Shown: positions 1 through 14,016, numbered from the stretch's first letter. The stretch is 64,000 nt of DNA from Eledone cirrhosa (GCA_964016885.1 OZ024749.1:37696001-37760000); one strand, 5' to 3'. Notes: generated by a model not told the origin, from the sequence alone. Numbers and translations are program-made.

Positions 1-258
1 GTATGGCCATTGCACGATATACCATTATTAATAATTATTAATTAATTCTATCGTGCAATGTCTGTGCATGAAGATATTTTTTAAAGTGAGGAAAGACTGT
101 GCATTGAGCCAATCCCACTCTCTGAGCGACAGTAGCTATAACACGAAAAGAAGAAAAGATCAACATCATCTTTGTCAGGGCATTCTTCTAGGAGAAGGCA
201 ACTCAGGAAACTGGGATAACTCCGATACAAAACCTGCAGCTCAGTAGCTCCCGATGAT
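1..258 (-). mobile_element. RTE-derived non-autonomous retroposon copy with inverted 5' segment (runs off window start)
   Basis: 1-170 is the reverse complement of ~535-704. 171-258 is the upstream part of the same element in the opposite orientation, with the CTAGGAGAAGG motif shared with ~26169-26179. Confidence 0.75.
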
Positions 259-285
259 ACATCTATATACATACATGCATACATA

Positions 286-385
<100 letters not shown>

Positions 386-494
386 TATATGCTCAAACAA
401 ATCGTCTTTTGGCATGTATGTGCGTGTGTGTATGTGTATGTGTATATGTTTAAATGCATATGTGCGTGCGTCTATATGATCGTTTTGATTATAC

Positions 495-745
495 GGGAAC
501 TAACCGATATAAAACCTACTGCTCAGTAGCTACCGATGATGTTGATCTTTTCATCTTTTCGGGTTATAGCTACTGTCGCTCAGAGAGTGGGATTGGCTCA
601 ATGCACAGTCTTTCCTCACTTTAAACAATATTTTCACGCACTGGCATTGCACGATAGAATTAATTAATAATTATTAATAATGGTATATCGTGCAATGGCC
701 ATACTCGATAACGAGGGGACAGCTATCAAGTATGTAGGTATGTAT
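495..745 (+). mobile_element. 5'-truncated RTE-derived non-autonomous retroposon
   Basis: Aligns to 26190-26330 and to the 3' end 26500-26536 (GGCCATACTCGATAACGAG vs GGCCGTATTCGAAAACGAG). Short GTAT-like tail; internal hairpin CATTGCACGATA/TATCGTGCAATG. Confidence 0.7.
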
Positions 746-939
746 GTTCGTATGAAGGTAAGTAATGGAGGCACGTGGTCTAGAATTTATGGTGTCGTAG
801 ACATCATATTTGTTCTGTTTTTTTTTCTTTCTGAAATAATCAACAGAGTCAATTTCCACAAATTGGTTCCTTTGCGAGAAAAAACTGCCAATAGAGAGCA
901 ATTATGTGCGTGTATGTGTGTATATATATATATAAACAG

Positions 940-1086
940 ATGTGAGAAAAACCACAGACCCTCCATCTCAACTCTACTTTTGAAAAGCAGAAGAACTGCG
1001 AAACCGGTAAAGGAACCAAATAAATATATATATATTTTTTAAAAATAAGACTCCAGTTGCATTTTCGATTTCATCTTTTTTTCTTT
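940..1086 (+). mobile_element. TA-embedded PLE pLTR-like island, family F3
   Basis: Near-identical to the minus-strand copies 18968-19176 and 60140-60325; contains an HHR motif. Confidence 0.75.
977..1012 (+). ncRNA. Minimal type I hammerhead ribozyme, U3-A8 variant (F3)
   Basis: ctt-TTGAAAA-gcag(aagaa)ctgc-GAAAC-cg-GTA-aag; palindromic ACCGGT helix III; predicted cut after A1009. Confidence 0.7.
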
Positions 1087-1161
<75 letters not shown>

Positions 1162-1585
1162 ATGTATATATATATATATATACAATATATATACACATAT
1201 ATATATATAAATATACACATATATATATATACATATATATATATATACATATATATATATACACACACATATATATATACACATATACCTTTATATATAT
1301 ATATAGAAAGGTATATGTATGTATGTTTATATCTATCAGTATTTGTTTATATTGTATATCCGTCGTTGTTTATATTCAGTGTAATGTGTTTGTTGTTTCA
1401 ATAATTTATGTCTGCTGCTGTGGTTAGTGAAGGTTTGTGTAGGTTTTGTGATGGTCTTCTGGTGGTTTTGTGGTGGTTTTTGTGATAATTTCTTGTTGTC
1501 CTTAGCGACCGTCTATCATATCAGTTTAAGTGATGAACGTGGAATTTCGTCTGATTAGTCATATAGGTGTGCTGCTTCTATGCAT

Positions 1586-1621
<36 letters not shown>

Positions 1622-1760
1622 AAATTTTATTTTTTGTTATATTTTATTTTGTTTTTATATATTGTTATTGCCTCCTCCTTATTGAGGACGCCTTGTTTTG
1701 TAAACTCCCCCCATTGTACTTGTCCCACTTTTGATGCCCTGGTGGCAAATAAAAGAAACA

Positions 1761-1859
<99 letters not shown>

Positions 1860-2197
1860 TATCTATTATCTATTATCTATTGCCCAATCTCTCTCTCTAT
1901 ATATACAAATATATACATACCATCTCTCTATCAGTGTATCTATATATATATATGTCTGTGTATGTGTGCGTGTGCATTTGTGTGTGTATGTGTGTGTGTT
2001 TGTATTAGATGGATATAGGCATACATATAGATCTAAACATAGCTATAAACACAGGGAATGTTTGTGTATGTCCATGAACATGTATGTACTCACGTATGTG
2101 TGAGTATGTTTGTGTGCATGCTTGCGTGATTGCGTGCATGGGTGTGTGTGTTTGAGAGAGAATGTGATTGACTGAAGATCGCAAATATATGCTTGTA

Positions 2198-2446
2198 TGG
2201 AAAGAAAGAAAGGAAGAAAGAAAGAAAGAATGACAGAGAGAAAGAAAGAAAGAAAGAAAGAAAGAAGATAAGTAAAAAAAAGAATGAAAAAAGGAAGGAA
2301 GGAAGAAAGAAAATAAGTAAATAAGACAGAAAGAAAGAGAGAAAGAAAGAACGAAAGAAAGAAAGATAGATAGATAGAAAGACAGAAAGAAAGAAAAATA
2401 GAAATAAATAAAGAGAAAAAAAAAGAAAGAAAGGAAGGAAGGATGA

Positions 2447-2490
<44 letters not shown>

Positions 2491-2512
2491 GGGAAAGAAA
2501 GAACGAAAGAAA
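2198..2512. repeat. (GAAA)n-type microsatellite
   Basis: Seen directly. Confidence 0.9.
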
Positions 2513-2823
2513 ACGAAGGCAATGATAATAAATACAGCAATGACGACAAACGAACAATTACATTGATTGTCTTTTCATGGCCTTACTCAGTCGGGGGTTG
2601 AAGAAATGAGGGTGAAAATGGTGAATATTGTGAAAATGAGCACTTCAAGAGATTGAAAGTTCATTGAAAGATGGCGAACAATTGCTTCTGTTTATATTAA
2701 TGCTTCGTCAGTGAAATTTATGTATTCATATAGTTGTGTAAGTTGTATATTTATACGTGTATATAGTGGTGTAATGTTGTGTAGTTTATGTGTGAGTATA
2801 GTGGTTCTATTTGTATATATTTA

Positions 2824-2857
<34 letters not shown>

Positions 2858-3265
2858 GCCATGTGAATTGTGTAATTTATACATGCATATGGAGGTATAA
2901 ATTTTGTATATATCTGTATATATGGTGGGTATAAATTGTGTATTTGTATGTGTGAAGTGTACATATATATATGTACAAATATAAATACACTATATATATA
3001 TGTATGTATGTATGTATGTATATATATTTGACGGTGTTCTAGATTTATGAGTGTTTATGGTAGAGGTAATTTGTGTATAAATTGTTACTTTACGCACACC
3101 ATTTTGTCTAAATGACTTTTAACATTTAATAGCTGGTCAAACTCTCGTCTGGTAGCAGCCATTTCAGTCATGCGCTGGTTATAGCTTATTATTAGTTTAA
3201 TATATTATTGCTGATAAATACCGGCCTCTTTATCTTTCTTGCTTTCATTCCATTTACCTTCCTAC

Positions 3266-3307
<42 letters not shown>

Positions 3308-3312
<5 letters not shown>

Positions 3313-3476
3313 TGTGAGTTCGATTCCTGGACCAGGCGATGCGTTATGTCCTTGAGCAAGACACTTTATTTCACGTTACTCCTTCTACCTGGAGTTGCGA
3401 CCGATAGATAGTATTAGCAATTGGAAAGACCAACGGAAACATTGTTCCCTCGGTCCGATTTGACGAAAGTCGATCC
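3308..3476 (+). mobile_element. tRNA-derived SINE family B, 5'-truncated
   Basis: B-box GAGTTCGATTCC and central CCTTGAGCAAGACACTTTATTTCAC; reverse copy at 7205-7420. Confidence 0.75.
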
Positions 3477-3477
3477 T

Positions 3478-3597
<120 letters not shown>

Positions 3598-3760
3598 GTG
3601 CCTCTCTCTCTTTCTCCCCTCTCCCATTGTCACTCTCAATCAATCTATATATCTCTCTTTATATATACGTATTCTCTGTAATCAACATCATCTCTTTTAT
3701 TGCCATCATACCTTTCACCACCACTGCCGCCACGACCTCAACCACCACCACCACACTATC

Positions 3761-3836
<76 letters not shown>

Positions 3837-3861
3837 CTGTATATATATATATATTTATTTA

Positions 3862-3977
3862 TAACGAAGGAAGTGCGATAAGGTACCAAGTGGACCATAA
3901 CGCACCCGAGTACTCGATACTGAGATAGCTGTCGAAACGGCCGGAGCTCAGCCGTCGGGGTCCTGATTATTTTCCTA
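3862..3977 (-). mobile_element. F1 island, rearranged (antisense tail joined to sense HHR 3' half)
   Basis: Homologous to 15656-15847; contains GAAACGGC..GCCGTC. Confidence 0.7.
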
Positions 3978-4004
3978 TATTTATATATATATATATATAT
4001 ATAT

Positions 4005-4135
4005 ACGTTATTCCGGGTTGAATCGGAGGTAACCACAGTAAGTAAGGTACTCAATACATAGCAGAGTATAACAGTTTTAATATAGATGAGATTCTACAGG
4101 ACTAGAACTGTTTCATTCATTAGAAATCATCAGAT
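4005..4135 (-). ncRNA. TA-flanked island F8 with HHR-like motif
   Basis: Minus strand reads CTGATGA-t-ttc(taat)gaa-t-GAAA-cag-TTC-tagtcc. Related copy at ~7450-7533 shares GTACTCAATACAT and TTCTACAGGACTA. Confidence 0.5.
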
Positions 4136-4180
4136 ATATATATATATGTGTGTGTGTATATATATGTAAATATATATATG

Positions 4181-4258
<78 letters not shown>

Positions 4259-4273
4259 CATATATATATTTAC

Positions 4274-4306
<33 letters not shown>

Positions 4307-5569
4307 CACATATGTATATATGTCGTTGTGTCTATCACACTTACTCTTCTCGCTCCTCTTTTCATCGCCCAATCTCTTTCGTCCTCCATTTTCATAGCTT
4401 TTCTTCCTCTCTTAACACCTGAGGACATTGCTGTGTCTGTGTTCTTAGGACATTCACTGCGCTGCTATGGGGTTTCGGATTTGATCCCACGGTGCAGCAC
4501 TGTGGTCATGTGTTTACAACTGCAACCTCATATCAGACCAATTTTACCCTATGATATTAGTTAGTATATTCTAAAAATGAAATTCACGCGCATGTATACA
4601 GGCTCAGGCTCACACACACACACGCAACCACACACACGCACACACACACACGCACACACATACACATAAATATATACGCAACTACACACACATTCATATA
4701 TTCGCAACCAACACACAGAGACATATACACGTATATACTCACAACCACACAAACTTACATTCCCAAACATACATACACCGCACTCAAACCCTTAACAAAT
4801 ATTAATCCCAACTCCAACCAGCCTCTACACAACAATCGTTCTGCAACTCATTCCTAATGCATACTTTAAACAATAATCCCTCCAACACCCCTCCAAACAA
4901 CCCTCGAATCATATCGCAAATTCTTCCAGCACGCCCCCATGAGCCTTCTAAATTCACACAACATCAAAATCAACACCAACTCCAACGCCAAACCTCTCGC
5001 TAAAGAACAATCCTTCCGATACTGAACCCAATGCGCCCCAGACACACCAATCTTTCCACCACAAAATAGCCCAACACCTTTCCCTTTCGCCATCGCACGA
5101 TGAAACTCTAACTAAAACAAAAATAGATAGAAAAGTAAAGGAAGATATAAATAATAATTGAGTGTGGAACGTCTTCGTAAATTTAATTCTCTCCATTATT
5201 AGCCGCGAACTGAAGTGATTTGACACGTCGTCTGTGCTGTTAGTTGTTGATGCTAAGGACGTTGGTCTCTTACGTTGATTCACTGAACAGTGCTGCCACC
5301 TATATAAACTTGGAAGAACTAATCGCAGACGACATGACAGATATCAGCAGGTACCTGTCCTCAAGCTTTTCATTTTGGTTTTCGCTCTTTTCTTAGCGAT
5401 TCTTATATTGATTGTCAGCGGGAGCTATTGCTGATTAGGACTGAATAACGAAGAAAACATTGTGAAAAACGTCGCCTCATTTAAAGTAAGGTTAACAACG
5501 CAGCTAAGTAAATGATGGACACACACACACACATACACACATCTGTATGCATATGTATGCATATTTAAG

Positions 5570-5605
5570 TATGTATATATATATATATGTACACATATAT
5601 ATATG

Positions 5606-5694
<89 letters not shown>

Positions 5695-5705
5695 GTATAT
5701 ATATG

Positions 5706-5795
<90 letters not shown>

Positions 5796-5798
5796 TAT

Positions 5799-5834
<36 letters not shown>

Positions 5835-5835
5835 G

Positions 5836-5934
<99 letters not shown>

Positions 5935-5950
5935 ATGTATGTATATATAT
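5570..5950. repeat. Degenerate (TA)n array
   Basis: Seen directly. Confidence 0.95.
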
Positions 5951-5992
5951 ATATGTATACCTACGTCCATACATACATGCATACATACTCAA

Positions 5993-6023
<31 letters not shown>

Positions 6024-6105
6024 CGCACACATACAATACATGAACATACTTATGTATAGAAAAATACATATATTTACATATATGTTCATATATGTATGAG
6101 AGTGT

Positions 6106-6142
<37 letters not shown>

Positions 6143-6224
6143 TGTATGTATGTATGTATGTATGTATGAGCATTTGTACGTACGTAAGAATGACTGCTTG
6201 ATTAATCTATCAAGATGATAAGAC

Positions 6225-6227
<3 letters not shown>

Positions 6228-6303
<76 letters not shown>

Positions 6304-6314
6304 CAGTAGTAGTA

Positions 6315-6345
<31 letters not shown>

Positions 6346-6362
6346 CAGTAGTAGTAGCAGTA

Positions 6363-6435
<73 letters not shown>

Positions 6436-6519
6436 CGGTGGTGGGGATAGTAGTAGTAGTAGTAGTAGTAGTAGTAGCAGCAGCAGCAGCAGCAGCAATA
6501 GTAGTAGTAGTAGTAGCAT

Positions 6520-6558
<39 letters not shown>

Positions 6559-6587
6559 CAGTAGTAGCAGTAGTAGTAGTAGTTGTG

Positions 6588-6622
<35 letters not shown>

Positions 6623-6700
6623 GGTGGTGGGGGGGATAGTAGTAGTAGTAGTAGTAGTAGTAGTAGGAGTAGTAGGATGAGGAGGAGGAGTAGCAGCAGT
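6228..6700. repeat. (TAG)n/(TGG)n/(CAG)n compound trinucleotide array
   Basis: Seen directly. Confidence 0.95.
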
Positions 6701-7204
6701 TAGGTGGTGAAGAAAGTCAGACATTTCTACTTTGAAGTGTTTCCATATTTCCGATTTCTCCCGATTTCCTCCGATTTTCCCCGATTCCTCTCCATTTTCC
6801 TTAATGAGCTTTTAGCGTTCGATGTAGCATTGACTGTAGATATTCTTGGACAACAATAGCAGCACCATCTTGAAAACAAGACATTCTGTGAAGATATAGA
6901 ATATGTCGATATATTGGCAATAATAGATTATAACAAACGTTTCGTTGCAATAAAGGAAATGTTTCCATCGGCAAATATGACGATTTTATAATTAACCGTA
7001 TTCAAATGCAACTTTGCTCTTTATATATTGAAGGAATATGTAATATATAGATAGAAACACATGAGGACTTGTGTATACTTATATACACTTGCATACAAAA
7101 ATACGTACATGCACACACACAAGCAAAAGCACATGCACACAAACACAAACACACATACACACGCACACACACTCACATATATATATAAATATATAATTGT
7201 GTCA

Positions 7205-7420
7205 GTCGATCGACTTTCGTCAAATCGGACCGAGGGAACAATGTTTCCATTGGTCTTTCCAATTGCTAATACTATCTATCGGTCGCAACTCCAGGTAGAA
7301 GAAGCAACGTGAAATAAAGTGTCTTGCTCAAGGACATAACGCATCACCCAGTCCGGAAATCGAACTCACAACCTCACGATTACGAATCCAATTATCTAAC
7401 CACTCAGCCAGCGCCTTCAC
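7205..7420 (-). mobile_element. tRNA-derived SINE family B
   Basis: Reverse complement of 3308-3476 plus a 5' head (GGCGCTGGCTGAGTGGTTAG, A-box-like). Confidence 0.75.
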
Positions 7421-7555
7421 ATATATATATATACGTACGTACATACATAAGAATAGTTTATAGGGACTCATTGATACCTGTACTCAATACATTAAGTAGA
7501 GCGTGTCCATTGGAAATTACTTCTACAGGACTAACAATATTATATTTTTCTTGAG

Positions 7556-7745
7556 GGCGGTGGATTGGCAGTATCGGTAGAGGGACGGACGCCATGCTTT
7601 GTCGCATAGAGTTACGGCCCTTGCCATTCTGAGTTCAAATCCCGCAAAGGTTAACTTTGCCTTTCATCCCTACGGGGTCGATAACATAAAGTACCAGTAA
7701 TGTACTGGGTAATTGCTGGCCTTGTGCCAAAAGTAGAAATAGTTA
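7556..7745 (+). mobile_element. tRNA-derived SINE family A (~190 bp)
   Basis: A-box-like TGGCAGTATCGGT, B-box GAGTTCAAATCCC, body GTTAACTTTGCCTTTCATCC..GGGGTCGATAA; about 22 copies in the window. Confidence 0.85.
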
Positions 7746-7885
7746 TATTTGTCTTGAAATTTCACCAGTTATTAACATAAATTATTGAAGAAACGATGCA
7801 ACTAGCCAATGTTTTTGAACTGGATACATACAAACTATATGTATATTAAACTGCAATATAATATAATACTTATACACATATATAC

Positions 7886-7970
<85 letters not shown>

Positions 7971-8699
7971 CGTGTGTGTGCGTGTATATAATGCATTTGA
8001 TGCATTTTCGGCGCTTTATTACTATTTATATTTGAAATGTAAACCGAGTTTTGCAATATAGAAATAGCAACACCACCACCACCACCACAACAACAACAAC
8101 AACAACAACAATAACAAAAACAACAACATCAACAGCAATAACTATAACTAAGTAATTCAGCCTTAATTCGGAAATCTATTCTGACACATCGGAGATAAAC
8201 GAAGATATACGGAGATAAACGGAGAATCTGAAGGGGGAGTACGGATGAATGGGTTTTATTTAAAGTTAAACACGAATTAGTTGAAGGGAAAAAACCTTGT
8301 CTGTTGAAATAATCTAACTGGAAGTGTGTGACTCGACTGGGGGACTGAGGTATTGGGGTACTGAGGTACTGGGGTACTGAGGTACTGAGGTACAGTGGGA
8401 CACGTGGGCGAAGAATGGAGAAGGTAGTGGCGGTCACATAAGGAATGGCGGTGTAGTGATGTTGTAAAAGTACAAAAGGAACAAGAGTTCTTCTTTGATT
8501 TGTTGTTGTTTGTATATTGCTTGTTGATATTGTTGTCGTTATGGTTGTTGTTGTTGTGTTTATTCTTGTTGTAGATATTGTGGTTATTGAGGTTGTTGTT
8601 GTTGTTGTTGTTTTGGTGATGTTAATCGTTATACGTATTTTTGTTGTTGCTGTTCTGGCGGTGGTCATGTTGCTGGTCGTTCGTATTCTTCTTGTTCTA

Positions 8700-8700
8700 G

Positions 8701-8732
<32 letters not shown>

Positions 8733-8835
8733 CTTCTTCTTCTTCTTCTTCTTCTTCTTCTTCTTCTTCTTCTTCTTCTTCTTCTTCTTCTTCTTCTTCT
8801 TCTTCTTTCTTTCTTTCTTTCTTTCTCTTTCTTCT

Positions 8836-8866
<31 letters not shown>

Positions 8867-9013
8867 CTTTCTTCTTCTTCCTTCCTTTCTTCTTCTTCTT
8901 CTTCTTCTTCTTCTTCTTCCTCTTCCTCCTCTTCTTCTTCTTCTTCTTCTTCTTCTTCTTCTTCTTCTTCTTTCTTTCTTTCTTTCTTTCTTTCTTCTTC
9001 TTCTTCTTCTTCT

Positions 9014-9060
<47 letters not shown>

Positions 9061-9182
9061 CTTTCTTCTTCTTCTTCCTTCCTTTCCTTCTTCTTCCTTT
9101 CTTTCTTCTTCTTCTTCTTCTTCTTCTTTCTTCTTCTTCTTCTTCTTCTTCTTCTTCTTCTTCTTCTTCTTCTTCTTCTTCT
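8700..9182. repeat. (GTT)n then (CTT)n/(CTTT)n array
   Basis: Seen directly. Confidence 0.95.
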
Positions 9183-9543
9183 TGTTTGTGTTGATGCTGT
9201 TGTAACGGTATTTGATGTTGTTGTTGTAGATGATCTTGCAGTTGTTGTTGTTGTTCTTACTTTTGTTATAATGAAGCATTTACTCTCTTCACCAATTCCA
9301 TCTTTTGGTATTGGTTAGCTGGCTTGGGGAACCATTTCTAGAGTGGTCATAAACCTGATGTCTTAAGGATTAGAGCTATGTAGGTGGGAGCGGGTGGAGG
9401 AGAACTAGATCTCTGGTTACCTCCTACCACTACCACCCTTCATCACTTACGGGGGGGGGTAGAGTTGTCAAATTAAGATAACGGCTGACACCTCTCGCTT
9501 GCAACGTCTTCACGTTTTCGCATAGTTCTTTTTCTTCTTCTTC

Positions 9544-9575
<32 letters not shown>

Positions 9576-10206
9576 CTTCTTCTTCTTCTTGTTTGTGTTG
9601 ATGTTGTTGTAACGGTATTTGATGTTGCTGTTGTAGATGATCATCAACCCTCCGAATCCCTCCCCCCGCCCGCCCCTTCTTACAACTATGTCTTTCAAAT
9701 CTTCAATACCTCACGACCATCTCCTCCCCCCCCCGCCCCGCACCCTACAATACCTTCTTTAGACACCATCACCTTTACCACCACCACCACCACCACCACC
9801 ACCACCATCCCCACCACCACCACCACCACCACCACCACCACCACCACCACCACCACCAACAACAACTACAGCAGCAACAACAAAAACAACAACAAAAAAA
9901 TCAACAACAGCAACAAGACCACAACACACCACCACTACGAAAACCACCACCGCCACCAGCAACAAAATAACAACAACACTACCACCACAACAACGCATCC
10001 CCACCACCACAATCACCAAAGTGAACATTATAATTCCTTATTAACACTGACATCTATTAGACATATGTCGGTTAAGAGGCAGAAACACTGGAATTATGGC
10101 AAATTAGGCACACTGATTATTATTATTAGTATAATTATTATTATTATTGCTTCGTGTCTCGACACAACGTCATAAATTGCTCCGTAAGTTTGTTCTGATA
10201 TCACAC

Positions 10207-10977
10207 TGGATTGGCAGTATCAGTAGAGGGTCGGACGCCATGCTTTGACACAAAGAGTTACGTCCCTTTCCATTCTGAGTTCAAATCCCGCCGAGGTTAA
10301 CTTTGCCTTTCATTCATACGGGGTCGATAAAATAAAGTACCAGTAATGTACTGGGTATTTGCTGGCCTTGTGCCAAAAGTAGAAACAGTTATTAGTTATT
10401 GAGGCAGTGGATTGGCAGTATTGGTAGAGGGTCAGACGCCATGCTTTGCCACATAGAGTTACGGCCCTTTATGATATGATCTAAGATCAAATCCCGCCGA
10501 GGTTAACTTTGCCTTTCATCCTTACGGGATCGATAAAATAAAGCACCAGTAACGTACTGGGGTCGATTTAATCGACTTTCCCCTCCCGCCAAATTACTGG
10601 CCTTGTGCCTATGTGGATTGGCAGTATCAGTAGAGGGTCGGACGCCATGCTTTGACGCATAGAGTTACGGCCCTTGCCATTCTGAGTTCAAATCCCGCCG
10701 AGGTTAACTTTGCCTTTCATCCTTATGGGGTCGATAAAATAAAGTACCAGTAATACACTGGAATAATTGCTGGCCTTGTGCCAAAAGTAGAAACAATTAT
10801 TATTATTAGTGAATTGACAGTATCGGTAGAGGGCTGGATGCCATGCTTTCTAGCATAGTTACGACCCTTTACGGTCTGAGTTCAAATCCCGTCGAGGTTA
10901 ACTTTGCCTTTCATCCTTACTGGGTCGATAAAATCAAGTACCAGTAATGTACTGGGTAATTGCTGGCCTTGTGCCAA
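10207..10977 (+). mobile_element. Four head-to-tail SINE A copies
   Basis: Copies at ~10207-10390, 10403-10610, 10613-10798 and 10809-10977. Confidence 0.85.
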
Positions 10978-11363
10978 TCCACCGCACTGAAAGAAATAAT
11001 GTCTGATGATCAATGCGCTTTGCGGGCATTTTTATGCCCTTTAAAAGTAGCTCTGGCCGTGAAACACTCCATGGTTCCTTGTCAGCGCGAGAAATATATA
11101 TTGTACCCCTTTTATCTCGGAAGAAGGAAGGTGAGGGTAAAAAGTTCAAGACCGCCTCCCCAGATGTAAACATCTGGTGGGTATCGCCCTGCATCGCCCT
11201 AGCCAAAAGTAACACCCTCCTGGTGGTAAAACGAACACGAATAGAGAAATGGTTTGGGATCAGAGTGCTCCACATCAAATCAGACGACATCCATAAGGTC
11301 ACAGACCTCATTATAAGATATACATCATTTGTGAAATATAGCATTTAGTAAATATATATTGTG

Positions 11364-11600
11364 CAAATAATATATTGGAAAATATACATACTGTAAGATG
11401 ATAATAACGCTAATCTCCCATACGGCCGTTTCGTAGATCAACAGAATGAAGTAAAACCATCAACATAAGTAATCAATTATCGATTACTAACTATTAATTT
11501 TGGTTAAGCAACTAAGACCGTATCTAATCGTCAGTGGTTATAAATTAAAGTTATTAGCATCTTAAATTATGTATATTTTCCTACATATTGTTTGCTCTCT
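11364..11600 (-). ncRNA. Type I hammerhead ribozyme with ~95-nt helix II domain and ~55-bp extended helix I
   Basis: Minus strand reads cca-CTGACGA(11534-11528)-ttagat...atctac-GAAAC-ggcc-GTA(11423-11421)-tgg. 11540-11600 is complementary to 11364-11417. Confidence 0.75.
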
Positions 11601-11974
11601 ATACGTATACGAAATGCTATGTGTTTCTGAAATGATATATTCCTTTCTATATACAAATAACTTCCAAAACTGTATAATGATACTCTGAACTCAATTCTAT
11701 ATAGCATATTTATTAATAAATATGATCATCATACATGTAATACGTATGGATGCCTTAATATAATATATAACTACTCCAAATTATATTTTAAGTTGCCATA
11801 ACTGGACTGGTTTTTCGGAGATCTTTCTAGCCCCTATAACGCCCTGTTCTATTTATATCTCCCCTTATCATTAAGCGGCTTTTTTTTTTGTTCGACACAA
11901 TGTGAAGGAGATTTATAATCCTTCCTCTTGACAAATATATAGTATTTGTGTACAGTGTGAGACATATATTAAGA

Positions 11975-12162
11975 CTATAATCATTCATGAGTAGATCCGG
12001 CATTAGTTCCTTTACCAAAATCGATAGTTGGTAATCGATAATCGATTACTTTGACCGATAGCCTTGCTTCATTTTTTTTTATTTACGAAACGGCCGTTTG
12101 GGAGATAAGAGTTAAGACCATCTTAAAGTATGTATATTTTCCGTCATATTTTTTGCTCTCTA
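11975..12162 (+). mobile_element. Diverged inverted second copy of the 11364-11600 HHR element (core degenerate)
   Basis: tca-TTCATGA-gtagat...atttac-GAAAC-ggcc-GTT-tggg; colinear with the reverse complement of 11364-11545. Confidence 0.7.
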
Positions 12163-12398
12163 CATTGTTAGAATGAGGCCTGGTTCAAATGCCCCGTTCA
12201 CCCCGCTATAAACCCTACTCTGTATATCATAGTAATCGAAGGATAAAATTGAAATAGTATATTTAAGAGAACAATTTGTTAAATCTTACTGAAGAAAGAT
12301 CAAGCTTGCCATCGCTCAATCTGGCCAGTTCAGTGGTTTGGTGCAGCTTTTTTAGACATTGAAACACTGAGCCTGGATACAGGATACTGGATCAACAT

Positions 12399-12585
12399 GG
12401 TGGATTGGCAGTATCGGTAGGGGGTCGGACGCTTTGCTTTGAAGCATAGAGTTACCTCCCTTTATGATCTGAGTTCAAATTCCGCCGAGGTTAACTTTGC
12501 CTTTCATCCTTGCGGAGTTGATAAAATAAAGTACCAGTAATGTACTGCGTATTTGCTGGCCTTGTGCCACAAGTTGAAACAATTA
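12399..12585 (+). mobile_element. SINE A
   Basis: Matches the family consensus. Confidence 0.85.
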
Positions 12586-12631
12586 CGTTATTGTATTAAT
12601 GTCTACTAAGATGTTGAGTGCATGTTCTTGA

Positions 12632-12675
<44 letters not shown>

Positions 12676-12676
12676 C

Positions 12677-12728
<52 letters not shown>

Positions 12729-12851
12729 ATATGTGGGTGCGGGTGTGTGTGTGTATGTATACATATGTGTGTGTGTGTGTGTTTGAGTGTGTGCTCGTGT
12801 GTGTACATCGACGTTAGTTAATGGTGTATATTAAAGACATGGAACATCATT

Positions 12852-12892
<41 letters not shown>

Positions 12893-13059
12893 CACTCATA
12901 CACACACCCACATATATATCCATATATAAATATATATATATATACACACACACACATATATATATAAACATATGTGTGTGTGTGTGTGTTTGAGTGTGTG
13001 CTCGTGTGTGTACATCGACGTTAGTTAATGGTCTATATTAAAGACATGGAACATCATTC

Positions 13060-13178
<119 letters not shown>

Positions 13179-13334
13179 ATAGAGAGTGAAAGAGAGGGGC
13201 TAAAAGAAGGAGTAAAGGAAATATTTCGAGTGAGACACGAATAACTGAAGACGGTGTTATATATTATATGCGTGGGTGGTTCTGGTAAAGTCATTATCAG
13301 TTCATGCAGTGCAATAGGAGATAACGTTTATATA

Positions 13335-13377
<43 letters not shown>

Positions 13378-13491
13378 CAATCACCTATAGTGTATATATG
13401 TATATATATATATATATGTGTGTGTCTGAATATGTGTGTGTTTGTGTGTGTATGCGCGTATATATGTAAAATATATATATAAATATATATA

Positions 13492-13598
<107 letters not shown>

Positions 13599-13726
13599 AT
13601 GTGCGTGAGTGTGTGTATATAGACACACATACATGTATATGTATATATCTATATATATATACATATGGATGTACATAAACATTCACATTGACACACACAT
13701 ACAAATATATCATATATATAAATATG

Positions 13727-13780
<54 letters not shown>

Positions 13781-13783
<3 letters not shown>

Positions 13784-13934
13784 AAGTATGACCCCGACGG
13801 CAGAGCTCAAGCCGTTTCGACGGCTATTTCTGCCGTCGGGGTCATACTTTCTCCTATTACCCACTCTACTACCCTAAGTATTGAGTACTCTGGTGCGTTA
13901 TGGTCCATCTGGTTCCTTACCACAACTCCTTCAT
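13781..13934 (+). mobile_element. F1 island with centre-deleted palindrome
   Basis: GAAAGTATGACCCCGACGGC / GCCGTCGGGGTCATACTTTC arms plus the F1 tail; TA on both sides. Confidence 0.8.
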
Positions 13935-13958
13935 TATATATATATATATATATATATA

Positions 13959-14016
<58 letters not shown>

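Noticed and set aside
5298-5356. TATA box plus ATG...AG|GTAC first exon
   Set aside because: The ATG is too close to the predicted start, the donor is weak, and no downstream exon was identified.
9170-9642. 60-bp direct repeats as LTRs or target duplications (similar case at 12780-13059)
   Set aside because: They adjoin microsatellites; local slippage duplication is sufficient.
10960-11348. Non-repetitive ORFs (111 and 136 aa), faintly retroelement-like
   Set aside because: No motif I can identify with confidence; needs BLASTx.
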